From assembly GCA_964276515.1 (NCBI GenBank), contig OZ193909.1, positions 12,028,001 through 12,092,000 of the forward strand: a stretch of 64,000 nucleotides of DNA, in the 5' to 3' direction. The position numbers were made by a program, and so were the translations under genes. The notes under the pieces are model-generated. The model was not told the origin of the DNA. It saw only the letters and a program-made list of their open reading frames with translations, and did not search any database. Positions within the stretch are counted from its first letter, which is position 1. Each line of letters begins with the position of its first letter. Source of the stretch: Gordius albopunctatus (Eukaryota). Shown in pieces: positions 1 to 12,410 of this stretch.

Positions 1-767
1 TTAATTTAATGGCGCTATTCACTTAAATTCTGCATCTTGTTCCTAAACAAATTTCCTATCAAAGTAATTTAACAAATAATCACAAACTTTTGCGGTTAAT
101 TTTTTGTGGTCAATAAAATTAGTGGAAACTGTTTAGACCACATATTAAATCACCAATTTCACAATGTGCACTCCTTTATGACCCATTATCAGATTTCAAT
201 CGTCAAAAGTTTGCGGTTTTAATGATTTTTCACTAATTTGACGTCAAAGAATTGACGGAGGGTTTTTTATATTTTTTTGATAGAGAATTTTTTGGGAATA
301 AAATGCACCAAAATTTAAGTGAAAAGCGCCATTACTTTCAAAAAGATGACAAAAATAATTAAAACGCGCTCGAGCGTGATTTTGGCTCTTTGAAAGTCCA
401 TGACTTAAAAAGTATAGGTCTATAGTAGCCCAATTTTAAAAAAATTACCATGACCCGCCCGCAACCTCACCGAAAATTTCCCAAATCTGAGATGGTTTGA
501 AAGGGTTTTGATTTGTCATGGAATGGCCTTAAATCAAAATTATAGAAATAATAGCATACTTGGATGTAAACCTACATTGTTGGATCTTACAAATTATTAT
601 ATTTAATTTTGAGTCCTACTATAAATCAGTATAAATTAAAAATCTCAATCAAACCTACTTATGAGATTAATAAGTTAAAAGACTATCTGCAATGAATCAT
701 GCACTTCAGGACATATATGGTTTAAGTAAAAGTGGGGAAGATATAAAAAAACTAAAATCTAACATAA

Positions 768-1927
768 TTATGAATTAATAATTACATTAGTTTGATTGGG
801 AAGGACGGGTAAGAAATCAAAATTTGCTGGAGTTAACTCATTAAGCTCTTCATTCATCTCAACATTCTCTTTATCATCCTTATTTGGAGGTGTTGAATCA
901 TTCGTTTTGCAATCATGAAATTCATTATCATTTGGTATTGTAGGCACAAAACAATTGAAATGTAGGGTTGTTGAAATGTCATCATCCTTTTTCAGGGAAT
1001 TGATTTTATCACATCTACCGTTCACAAACATTTCACCATCCAAATGCTGCGTTACAAAAGTATCTGGACATGAGTGCAACTGTTTTTTCTCAACTATTTT
1101 ATATCCTGGTTTAAAGTCATTTGAAAAACTCTGTGATAAGTCCTCAGTTTCAATGTTATTTTCGTCTTGTCTAAATGTTTCAGCTACTTGTTTAATACAT
1201 AAAGAATTTAGGGGCAAAGTTTTACTCCGCCGAACTGAAGAAGGCAGTTTGTTTATATTAGATGTTACAAATAATTTTTCTTGAGGATAAATATGCTCTT
1301 CCTTTGATTTGATATAATTTTCTTGATAAATAAACGTTTGTTTAAGTCCTGCAACACATTTAGCTACACTACTATGTTCACCTATTAAAAATAACAATTT
1401 AGTATAAGAAATTACATAAAAATTGCAAAAATATTATAATACTTATTAATTTCTGAATGTTTAAAGGTGATAAATTGCTTGGTAATTTATCAGGTATATC
1501 ATATCCATTTTTGCGTATTACAATAAGATGCATGGCTATAATAAATTCAACCAAGGATAAGGCACCATCTTTTTTTTGATCTGAAAGGTGCCTGAAATTT
1601 ATTGTTATACATAATAATTATTTTTAAACTTTTACCAAATTTTAGCTAGTTCCTGTGTAGAAAGTCCAGATTTTTTGAAATATAATTTTGCCTTGGAACC
1701 TATAATAATGATTAAATTTGATACAATTGAAAACCTGTTATATGTTTATCATAATGAGGCTGTAGTGATTTAAACTGCTTAAAATAAAAGTTTAGATATT
1801 CTTCTTTTAAAGGCCATGTTTCGCAATTCGCAACATTATTGAGCTCGGTTAATATATGATTTGAGGTAGAACTTAAGGAAGGAATGCTATTTAAGGTAGT
1901 TATATTAAGGTGCACTTCATTAGACAT
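768..1927 (-). CDS. EH-domain endocytic adaptor, REPS1/REPS2-like; predicted complement(join(768..1381,1443..1591,1636..1699,1735..1927)), ~339 aa
   Basis: Splicing GT-AG introns 1700-1734 (35 nt), 1592-1635 (44 nt) and 1382-1442 (61 nt) joins the 71-aa and 209-aa ORFs in frame. The result is a complete EH domain: [18 protein letters not shown]....[61 protein letters not shown], close to the REPS EH domain. The 3' end could splice further. Confidence 0.85.
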
Positions 1928-3069
1928 TTATAAAAAAAGTTTCATCAATCATATGTGATATTTTATATACTGTCAATTAGTTACCTATATTATTTGAATA
2001 GGCATAAAATTTCTATTGAATGAAGCATTGAAATATCTGGATATAATGTTTTAAGCAATCATTACTAACATTGGCATTTATCCACCACATGATTATATGT
2101 TATGTTTTGGAAGAATAAGGCGGGCATACTCTAGTGAATTTATTAGTGTATTCCAATTTTTATATAATTCAATGCATTAATTTGGTTGTCACTGTTATGT
2201 TCGTGACTTTTTTGTTATGTTCTGGTAAGAGCGGAAGGGTATGACTAGGGTGTTTACTGTTAGGTTGGGGGATTGGGACGGGAAAAATGTTACTGTCCTC
2301 CGGATTTATTTATTTACTGGCGATATACACGTTCCATGAGGTTTATTCTATTTTATGGATATGGATGTAAATACGTGTCACGAAGTATTCTTGGCGGGAG
2401 ACAGTATTTTTAGCTTTTATTGAGGGGATAACTGTGTTAAAGTAGAGTTTCGTAAGGCTATGAGGTATGAGTAGGGACAACTCAACGGGAAGGGGTTTAC
2501 GTAATTACCAGACAAATGTGTGGCGTTTTTAGACATTGGCGGGATAAAAGTAACCAACTGACATTCATTACTTTGTTTTCAATCATCTATCCTTGGTAAT
2601 TTCATCATCACACATCCTACTTCAAAAATATCATACCTATCCTTCGAGAAACAATATATCAATATTTTTTATCACTAATATAAATATTCGCTTATTCATT
2701 ATTCATTGTTATCGCATTTATAACACTGGATCTTTTATTTTGGATATTTAATAAAACACTTATTACAAATATCCGACAAATGCGACGAAGGGGGGGGGGG
2801 AATAAAGTATAAAATATATATTAATAATTACGGGGTACTATTTCTCGTCTTATCTTTTAAATACCTCCCCTACTCAAATTCACCTACCCAAAACCCTTAC
2901 CTATCCTAAAAAAGAATGGTCATAAAACTTCCTTCATCTCATCTCACCACAACCCTCCTAGATTTATGAGAAAGTTTGCACCCCAGTTTATAATGTGAAA
3001 AGCAATACATATGACAAAACAATGTATTCAATAATGTCTTATTAAGGTTCAAAAATTTGGGAGGTATTC

Positions 3070-3676
3070 TACTTCTAGAAAACTCATGATTTAATATTAC
3101 GGTGTCATCGAATACTCAATTGTACTTTTGAAATCGTTAGACAGGTACAAATGACGATATGATGCTCAAAAAAGCTCGAGGCACCTTCGCTTAACTTTTA
3201 TAATTATTCAAAATAATTGACCACCAATATAAATTACCGATCATGGAGGATGAGAAAATGGAAAATTTAAATATGCTTTATTAATATTTACTACTCCATC
3301 AGAACTCATTCTTAATCTAAAATTTTGTAACATTTAATAATGATAACGATACAAATATGTGACGGATATATTATTAAATAATTCACATACCCTAAGGGCC
3401 CTCAACACTTAGGTAAATGAACGATTATTGCCAAATTTTAAACTTTTTCCAAAAATATATCATATTTACTACACTTAGGTGTTATTTTAATATCAAATAT
3501 ATTCCTATCATATTGATATTTAATGCCTTTAATGTAAATCGTGGAAATTAAAATACTCAACAATTTAGTAAGATCTAATCATCAATAGAAAGCCGAGATC
3601 TGGCCGAACTTGTCTCGGGTCAGTTTTTCAAATTCTCGTCTCGGCCGAGAATTTTCTCAGTTTTTCTGCATCACTA
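3070..3676 (+). mobile_element. partial (right-half) copy of the hAT-like non-autonomous element at 8442-9910
   Basis: Colinear similarity to ~9325-9910 (ACTTCTAGAAAACTCATG...CAGAACTCATTC...ATTCACATACCCTAAGGG...), ending in the same GCATCACTA terminus. Confidence 0.75.
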
Positions 3677-3915
3677 CATAAATTATTAAGGCGGAGCGTC
3701 AGGTATAACTAGAATCAAAACTCAGATCTTAGTAATAAATAGAACACCAACTAGAAACGGTCTATCATGGCGGGTACAATTAGGGGTGGGGCAGGATAGT
3801 AAGGGAAAGTTTTGTCCCGTGGATACGAAAGTCGCCATATATAAGTATTTGAATCATAGATTTTTATTAATGCCCTTTAATTTACGTGACAGCAAACATC
3901 ACTCATAAATTTTAA

Positions 3916-5532
3916 CACCCCTGTATTGCATACTGTGTATCTCAATACACATACCACAAATTATATGATAAATATTTTATTATTAAATTTTAAATCAATT
4001 GCATAGTGTGTATTTGAAGCCACAATCCATATCTTCGATTCGTATGTTAATATGTCCCAATTGATCTATTATATATTTTTAATTTCGCATTTATTTTTAA
4101 AAATGGCTATTTTTTTATAAAATTTTTCTTCTCATTTTTCTACACATCTTAAAAGGATAAATAATATATTTGACAAATTTCAAAAAATTAAAATTAGATA
4201 AATAAAAGGTAAAAATTAATGTTTATGAAAGTATTTTATATATATTTATTATTTTTGATAATTACATTTTGTAATAATCATATGTTGCTTTAAAGAGACA
4301 TTATGCATATAAGGTATTTTATTTGAGTTTTATATTTTAGAATTATGAATCGTGGTACCATACCTAAACTAAAATTCCTTCTGTCCGAGCCCGGCCCGAA
4401 CCCTACTTTTCGATTTTTGACTTTTGCCCGAGCCCGGCCCGAGGCCGAAATATTTTTTTATTTAGGCCCGACGCGAACCCGACCCGATTTTTTTAAGCAA
4501 TGCTGTGCTACGTTTAATTTCTTATATACCGCAGCAAATTAATTATAAATTATTTTTTGATAACTGGTTTTGTCCACCAAATTTGCAAGTCGTACACGCT
4601 CAAAGAGGGATATTTTGCGTGGCCACGGTCAGAGGTAATCGACTACAAATATTCACTTCCTAACTGATAAGGAATTGAAAAAAGGGCGAGAATATTTTTT
4701 TTAAAAAACAATAATAAACGGAGTGGAGTTAAATTGAGCGAAGTGGCACGACAATCGTGCTGTGACCTTATTGAGCACTTTTGTAAAGATATGATAGAGA
4801 AAAAAGATAAAATAATGATAAAATGCCCAAACATTTTTAGAGTTTATAATAAATCAATGTGAGGTGTAGATCTTATGGATTCTTTACTTTCATTATATAG
4901 AATTCATACCAAATCAAGAAAATGGTACCATCGAATTTTATTTCATGTATTCGACATGTTACTTATAAATTCTTGGTTGCTATACAAACGGGATTATAAT
5001 AGTATATCAATAGCAGGCAAGGATCGATTAAGTTTGTACAATTTCAAAATTTTGGTGGCGGAAGTCCTTTGCAAATATGGCAAATGCACTACAAACAATA
5101 TTCCAAAACGAAAATCAGTTCAGCTCACTGGCCCAAATATATTGATAAAAAGGGTAGATGTAAACTGCCAGGATGCATATTTATTACAAAAGTATCTTGC
5201 AAAAAATTTGGTGTATATTTATGTTTTACGCTCACAAATAATTGTTTTATAGATTTTCATGAAAATTAAAATGTTCAAACATTAAATATTTGTTGTAATT
5301 CTTATAAAATTATATATATTTATAGTTTAGTTTAATAAAAATTATTGTGGAAAAATTGAAATTTGTACCCTTAATTGCATAATGTGTATTTGAATACACA
5401 TACCGTTTATCTTCTAAGATATTAAAAAAAATTTAAAAAAGTGAGCCATGAGATTATCAATAGTATCAAGACAAATAAAAAAATCTACTTTGCCAAAAAA
5501 TATTATTCTAACATAGTTCATGCAATAAAGGG
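3916..5532 (+). mobile_element. internally deleted piggyBac element
   Basis: TTAA at 3912-3915 and 5533-5536. Imperfect TIRs CCCTGTATTGCA / TGCAATAAAGGG. Repeated subterminal TGCATA.TGTGTAT.T.AATACACATAC motifs. Contains a transposase remnant. Confidence 0.75.
4845..5269 (+). pseudogene. piggyBac (PGBD3-like) transposase C-terminal remnant
   Basis: YNKSM*GVDLMDSLLSLYRIHTKSRKWYHRILFH...NSWLLY (third catalytic D region, with a stop). The Cys-rich domain HWPKY...RCKLPGC...C...VYLC....NNCFIDFH lies in a shifted frame. Confidence 0.85.
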
Positions 5533-5630
5533 TTAACACAAATTTATTCCGGACTTAATAAAGACCTTAAAAATATTGGTTTTCTAGTATGTTATTTTTA
5601 AATTAGGAACATACCAACGCTAAGTTTTAA

Positions 5631-7680
5631 TTGCTATGCAATTTATGGGCTCGCTTTTTGGTGTCCGTTGTCCGTCCTTTCAACTTTCTGACTTGCTGGT
5701 TCGATACCCAGAGAGGACAGTTTTTTTTAATACCATTGATAATATGATGTTTTGACCGTGTCCTGGCTACTGACCAATAAAAAAAATGACAATTGACCAA
5801 ATTGTGATTAGAAATTTTTTTTTTCGTTTTTGAATTGGTATAGGTTAACATTGATAAATTACTTATGCCCCCTCCTACAAGGGCCTATGCCTCTGCTGAT
5901 ATGGGTCCCTGTGCCCCCCCCCCCACAAAGGCTTACCCCTCTACTGATGTGGGTACGAATCCCTTTTTCTTTTTTTAAATTAATATATTGGTCTTGTTAA
6001 TACCATTGATAATATGACTTTTTGAAATTGTCCTGGCTACTGATCAATGAAAAAAATGACCATTGGCCAACTGTGATTTGAAAATTTTTTTTGTTTTTTT
6101 TAAAATACCATTGATAATATGACTTTTTGATCGTGTCCTAGCTGCTGACCAATGAAAAAATGACCATTGACCTAAGTATTAATCGAAATTGTCTTTTCGT
6201 TTTTTTCGTCTCTTATGTATTTTTATTTTTTATGACCGTGTCCTGGTTACTGACCAATGGAAAAAATGTCCACTGGTCAAAGTATAATTTTTTAAGAGTT
6301 TGACATTTTTTAATATGTAATCATCATATAATTTATTTTTATTTAATAACTTAGATTTTTTAGGGCAAAAGTTTTTATAAAAAAAATATAAGTTACCGAA
6401 ATAAAATGACTCCAAACCTACCATATTATGTGAAAAAATAGTTGTTAAAATTCATCAATAAATTAACAATATAACTAAATATAAATAATACTTATTAAGT
6501 ATTAATTATTATAACAAGCAATTTAAATGGCCCTATGATTAGTAGGAAGCTTGATTCGCGGCAAAAAAAAATTATTACACCTATAATTTTACCGGCTGAA
6601 TATAACCATAGTCTAAACTCTAAAGAAAGACAATATATCACCTAAACTCAGGTCTAAGGCAAATATTGGAAATTTGGACAAATACTCTAATATATTTTTG
6701 TTAAGTTATTGAAAAATTCATATTTTTACACTACACCTATTAACATTAATGATTTTTTGAAATATGTCATGGGTCACCCTTTGGGTCACCCTTAAAACCA
6801 ACGAGAAAATCATCTTGTCAAATTCTTTTTAGTTCATCCCGCCTCAATATAAGAAGCTATAAAAGCACTTTTCCTTCCATCCATCTCTTTCTACCGATCA
6901 CTGTGTTGCTGTCTCATCCTAGAAATACGTCGTATATTTTAATCTAACCCATTTATCGATTTCTTAATTTGTATAGTTTTATCCGTTCTTAAAACGTTCT
7001 GACTTGCTGGTTCGATACCCGGAGAGGGAAATTTTTTTAATTAAACTAATATATTGTGCTTGTTAATACCATTGATAATATGACTTTTTGGCCCTCCGTT
7101 GGCTACTGACTAATGAAAAAATGACCTTTGGCCAAATTATAAATCGAATTTTTTTTCGTTTTTGAATTGGTTTATTAGGTTAACATTGATAATGACCCTA
7201 TGCCCCCCCCGCTACAAGGACCTCTGCCTCTACTGATATAGGTCTCTGTACTTCTACAAAGGCTTATGATTCTACTGATGTGTGTCCGAATCCCGGCGAG
7301 GGCAATTTTTTTTTATTATTTAATTAATAAATTATTCTTGTTAATACCATTGATAATATGACTTTTTGGCCGCCCGCTGGCTACTGATCAATGAAAAAAT
7401 GACAATTTATCAAAGTGAGATTAAAATCGATTTTTTTTTCTTGATTATAATTATAGGCTAGTTTTTTGGCCGTTTGCTAACCATTAGAAAAGATCACCAC
7501 TGGCCAAAGTGATGAAAAATTTGTATAAATAATTAACTAATCATTTTGCATTTAATAACCCCCCTCCCTATTCTCGTCCATAAATTGCATAGCAAATATG
7601 CTACTTTTATACGGAGTATAGATGAGTTTCGTTCCCCCTTCCCTTCCCCCCTCCCCACGAGGGCCGAGTTTTTTATAGGA
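5631..7680 (+). mobile_element. Helentron-associated / DINE-1-like non-autonomous element with internal tandem repeats, copy A
   Basis: Subterminal inverted repeat TTGCTATGCAATTTATGG(GC) at 5631 and its complement at ~7578-7595. GTCC-type microsatellite after the first subTIR. Central arrays of CTACTGACCAATG(A)nTGACCATTGGCCAAA units. TATAC-GGA-GTATA stem-loop after the distal subTIR. The superfamily call is inferred from this architecture. Confidence 0.7.
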
Positions 7681-7714
7681 TTTATATTTTTTAACAACAA
7701 ATTATATTAAAAAA

Positions 7715-10040
7715 TACACTAACTATGACGGTCCCAAATTATGTGAAAAAGTGGGGGGTTGGCGTCACGTCAGAAACCGGCTATAAAAACTAACTCTAAA
7801 ATCATGGTAGCTTCAAATAAAACTTTCAACAGAAATCTAGATCTCCCGTCCGTGCATGGGCGTAGCAGGGTTTTAGATTGGGTGGGCGGGGGGCAAATCG
7901 TTTAAATATCAATTAGGGAGGAGCAAATCATACAAATTTTTAATTTTTAAAGATTTTGCATTGAAAATTTTTTTTCGTCAATTGCCCCCCCCCGGCTTGT
8001 GAAAAATACACTAGGGTTATTACCGACTATTAACGAAGGCAGTTAAGAAAATCAATTGTGGAAATAATACAAATAACTTTCTAGAATTTGGGTACGTTGA
8101 CTGGAAAGAGCCTCGAGGTTGGACAAATGCTAAAAAGAAGATAGGTACACATTGCTTGAATAAAAGAGGCCAGGTGGAACGAAACCAAAGCTCGCGAGTT
8201 AGGAGAAAACTATTCTACAGCACCGAAGAAACGGGGTCGGTACCGTTCTAAGCGAATCAATCAAGGACAAGGTGATGGAAGTCAAGCGTTGTTCAGACAG
8301 GTTAATGTCGGTGAAGATTGCAGATCAAGGGCCCTCCTAACCATTATGTGCGCATAACTTTAAATTTGGTGCATGAAATCAAAACAGGAAGAAAAGCTAA
8401 TTATTTTGGCAAATTTTAAAATAGGGAAAAATCGCCTCGGGTAGTGTTTCGATCTCGTCTCGTCTCGGTCTCGAAAACAAAATCTCGTCTCGTCTCGGCA
8501 GCGATTATGGAAATCTCGATCTCGTCTAGAAAAATCTCATCTCGTCTCGACTTTTAAAAAAAAATATATACGGAATAAAAATTTCTCCTGTTTTATTAAA
8601 AATATTAAATAAGTTTTAAAAAATTAAAATGGCAAATTTTTATATTTTTTGATAACTTTAATACACAAACTTTTTAAAGATTTATCGGGACATGACATCT
8701 TATTGTCAATATAAAGATATGAATTCATTCAAAAAATTAAAATTTTCTATGGAAAGTGCAGACTAAAAAACTATAAATAAATTTGAAGTATAGAAAATTA
8801 AATTTTATTGTTCTAGCAAATTATAACGTTTGTATCAAATCACCGTGTTTGTCAACTATATAGACTTAGAAAATAATAATTTCGGTTATAGTTGACTTAG
8901 TTGCACAATTTAGCAAATTGAGACCTTTTATTAACGCTGGCTAAAGCTTCAAAGTAGACTTTAACATATTTAAGGCAAACATTTAAGTCCATTAGTACCG
9001 TACCATTATTAATTATAGCCCATAGTGTTTATTGCATGTTTACTATAGCGTTATAAACCACAATGTGCGAGTGACTGTTAATTGATAATATTATTATTTA
9101 CAGAATTGATAACTAGATGCACATATAAAAACGGGTAGAAACAACAATAAAAGCAGCATTATTATGGGATTAGGAATATGAGGTTTTAAACTCTAAATTG
9201 CACGTATTTAAATTTATGACAAAAATCATTAAAATCAATTTATATTCCAAATAATTATCTTCCAATTCTAACTAACTTTGTTTGACATTAAATAGTTATT
9301 TATCGAATATAGTTGAAGCATAAAACTTCTAGAAAACTCATGCTTTAGATTTAATCTATTGCGGTGCTTTTGAAATCGTTAAGCGAGTGCTAAAAAATAT
9401 CGAGTCACCTTATCTTAACTAGTTTAATTATTTAAACTGATTGACCACCAATTTATAATTACCGCATTATGCAGGATGAATAACTGCGAAATATAAATAT
9501 GCTTTGTTTATATTTACTATTCAATCAGAACTCATTCTAAGCCTATAATTTTGTAATATTTAATAATGCTATGTATTTAAATATGTGATAAAGGTATTAT
9601 AAAATTATTCACATACCCTAAGGGTCAACCATACTTAGGTAAATCCTGCAAAAAATATAATATTTACAGGAATTTTTTTAATGTCAAATATATTACATAC
9701 GTATTAATTTAAACTTAATACCTTAAATGTAAATCATGCAAATTAAAATACACAATAATTTACTAAAATATAATGATAAAAAATTCGAGATCTCGCCGAT
9801 AAAATCTCGTCTCGTCTCGTCTCGACATCAAAATTCTCGTCTCGATCTCGACTCCATCTTTTAAATTCTCGTCTCGGACCGAGATTTTTCTCGGTTTTTC
9901 CGCATCACTAGCCTCGGGATTGAACGAATTCATGGAGGCTATGGGCATGATCTGAAGAACAACGGGGAAATACTTCTTCAAGTATCCCAAGCATACGACA
10001 TGGCGATTAACACCTATTTTCAGAAACGCGAGGATCATAA
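7715..10040 (+). mobile_element. decayed 5' part of RTE-A LINE (5' UTR plus APE endonuclease), interrupted by two DNA elements
   Basis: GACGGTCCCAA...GGGTTGGCGTCA..GAAACCGGCTATAAAAAC 5' UTR and APE-coding sequence are homologous to the reverse complement of 17060-17875. Interrupted by a GC-rich MITE (~7855-7995) and by the element at 8442-9910. Confidence 0.85.
8442..9910. mobile_element. non-autonomous hAT-type DNA element (1469 bp)
   Basis: Perfect 8-bp TSD GCCTCGGG (8434-8441 and 9911-9918). TAGTG...CACTA termini. Subterminal (TCTCG)n repeats at both ends. Removing it restores the LINE sequence. Confidence 0.85.
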
Positions 10041-10516
10041 CAAAAACTTGATTGAGATTTGAGACCGATGATTGCATTATAAATATTAGTTCGATATTAA
10101 AATCGAAACGAATTAATATTTTGCTGGATAATATGGAACATGGAATGTTTACTCCTGTTTAAAAACTTTTCACTCACAAATCTTTGCTAGGCCAAGAATT
10201 TTAAATAAAAGAATTTGACCTCTAACAATAGCATTCCATATCTGCTTTAAAATCAATGTTTTTATGGACTTAAAAAGTATTAGCTGAGTCTATTGCCAAA
10301 TTATTATTTTTATTTCAAAATATTCACTTGGCAATGCTGTGAAAACTAGAATTTGATCCTATCAATGAAGCCTTAGTCAAGATAAAGGGGACAACATCAA
10401 CGTAAAAATCAAAGTTGATTCAATGTATATGCGATTGTCTCGGCCTCTGGCCCAAAGATTTGTATAATCTTTTATGCTTATTTTAAGCATTGCCTAATGT
10501 CACCACACTTTTTTAA

Positions 10517-12410
10517 TTACTATGCAATTTATGGGCTAACTTTCCATTTTGTTTGTCACGCTGTTCGTATCACGCACCGAATGTCTTCGTCTTGTTTATT
10601 TTTTGTTCGTATTATAATTTAACTAGTTTGTGGGTTCGAATCTGCCAAATATGTTTTAACTAGTTTTTGGGTTCGAATCCCGGGTTTTTTTTGACTCTTA
10701 TGATTGTTCTTGTTACTACCATTGATAATATGACTTTTTGGCCGTCCGTTGGATGCTGACCGATGAAAAAAATGACCGTTGGCCAAAATGTGAATCCAAG
10801 TTTTTTTTTAAATTAATATATTGTTCTTGTTACTACCATTGATAATATGGCTTATTGGCTGTCCGCTGGCTACTGACCAATGGAAAAAAATGACCATTGG
10901 CCAAAGTGAAATTTTTTTATATTTTTTCTTTAAATTAATATATAGTTATTGTTGGTACCATTGATAATATAGCTTTTGCCCGTCTGCTGGCTACTGACCA
11001 ATGGCAAAAAATGACCATTGGCCAAAGTGTGAAGCAAAATTTTTTTTTCGTTTATTTTTGACTAACATTGATTTATAGACGCCCTCCCCTAGAAGGGCCT
11101 ATGCCTCTCCTGATATGGGTCCCTGTGCCCCGCCCTCCTACAAAGGAGTATGCCTCTCTTCTACTGATGTGGGTTCGAATCCCGGAGAGGCCAAAAAATT
11201 TTTAAAATTTTTTCAATTAATTGTTCGTACCACTGATAATATGACTTTTTGGCCGTCCGCCGGCTGCTGACCAATGGAAAAAATGACCATTGGCCAAAGT
11301 GTGAATAAAAAATTTTTTTTCGTTTTTTTGGCTAATAGGCTTTATAGACCATCTGTTGGTACTGACCAATGGGAAAAAATGACCATTGGCCAAATTGTGA
11401 TTTAAAATTTTTTTTCCGTTTTTTTTGACTCGTATGTATTTATAGACAGTCTCTTGGTACGGATCAATGGAAAAAAATGACCATTAGCCAAATTGTGATT
11501 CGAAATCTTTTTTTCGTTTTTTTTGACTCGCATGTATTTATAGACCGTCTCTTGGTACTGACCAATAAAAAAAAAGAATTAAGTAAAGGCTAAAATTTCA
11601 AAATGCTCGTCCCAAAATCATTATTTTCGTTTTTGAATAGGTTAACGTTGATAATTACCCTATGCCCTCCCCTATAAGTGCCTATTTTTAAATTAAATTA
11701 ATATTTTGTTCTTGTTGATATTTGTTAAATTATCTATAATATATTGATTTTCTATTATTGTTTAATTTTATTATATAATAAACATAAATAAAACACATCT
11801 TTATTATTTCATTATCTATATAAATAACATAAAAACTAAGAGTTGTTATAGCAACGGCTTACTGACTTGGAGGTTATGGATCGAGACCGGGAGAGGCCAT
11901 AAATTTTTTTTTAAATTAATATTATGTTCTTGTTAATACCATGGATAATATGACTTTTTGACCTTACGCTGGCTACTGACCAATTAAAAAAATGACCATT
12001 GGCCAAATAAATCGAAATTTTTCGTTTTTGAATAGGTTAACATTGATAAATTGCCCTATGCTCTCCCCTACAAGTGCCTATGCTTCTACTGATATGGGTC
12101 CCTGTGCCCCTATAAAGGCTTATGCCTCTATTTAATGTGGGTTCGAATCCTGCGAGGGCAATTTTTTTTAATTAGATGGAAAATTTATATAAATAATTTA
12201 CTAATCATTTTGCATTTAATACCCCTCTATAGGCATTTTCGACCCTTCCCACCTTTCTCGCCCATATTTTTTAATTAGATGGAAAATTTGTATAAACATT
12301 TTGCATATAACGCCCATAAATTGCATAGCAAATATGCTACATTTATACGGAGTATAGATGAGTTGTCCCCCCTTCCCTTCTCCGCTCCCCACGAGGCCCG
12401 AGTTTTATAT
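10517..12410 (+). mobile_element. Helentron/DINE-1-like element, copy B
   Basis: subTIRs at 10517-10536 and 12312-12331, the same tandem repeat units, and the same TATACGGAGTATAGATGAG end as copy A. Confidence 0.7.

Noticed and set aside
1..532. Right end of a TTAA-flanked DNA transposon (…CATGGAATGGCC|TTAA)
   Set aside because: The other end would lie outside the window, so TIR and TSD cannot be verified.
2193..2506. Solo LTR (TGTTA start, minus-strand AATAAA, higher GC)
   Set aside because: There is no clean CA end, no TSD and no second copy in the window, so it cannot be supported.
10720..11570. Regularly spaced palindromic repeats resembling a CRISPR array
   Set aside because: The units are degenerate, the 'spacers' are themselves repeated, there are no cas genes, and the context is eukaryotic. 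They are internal modules of a non-autonomous element.
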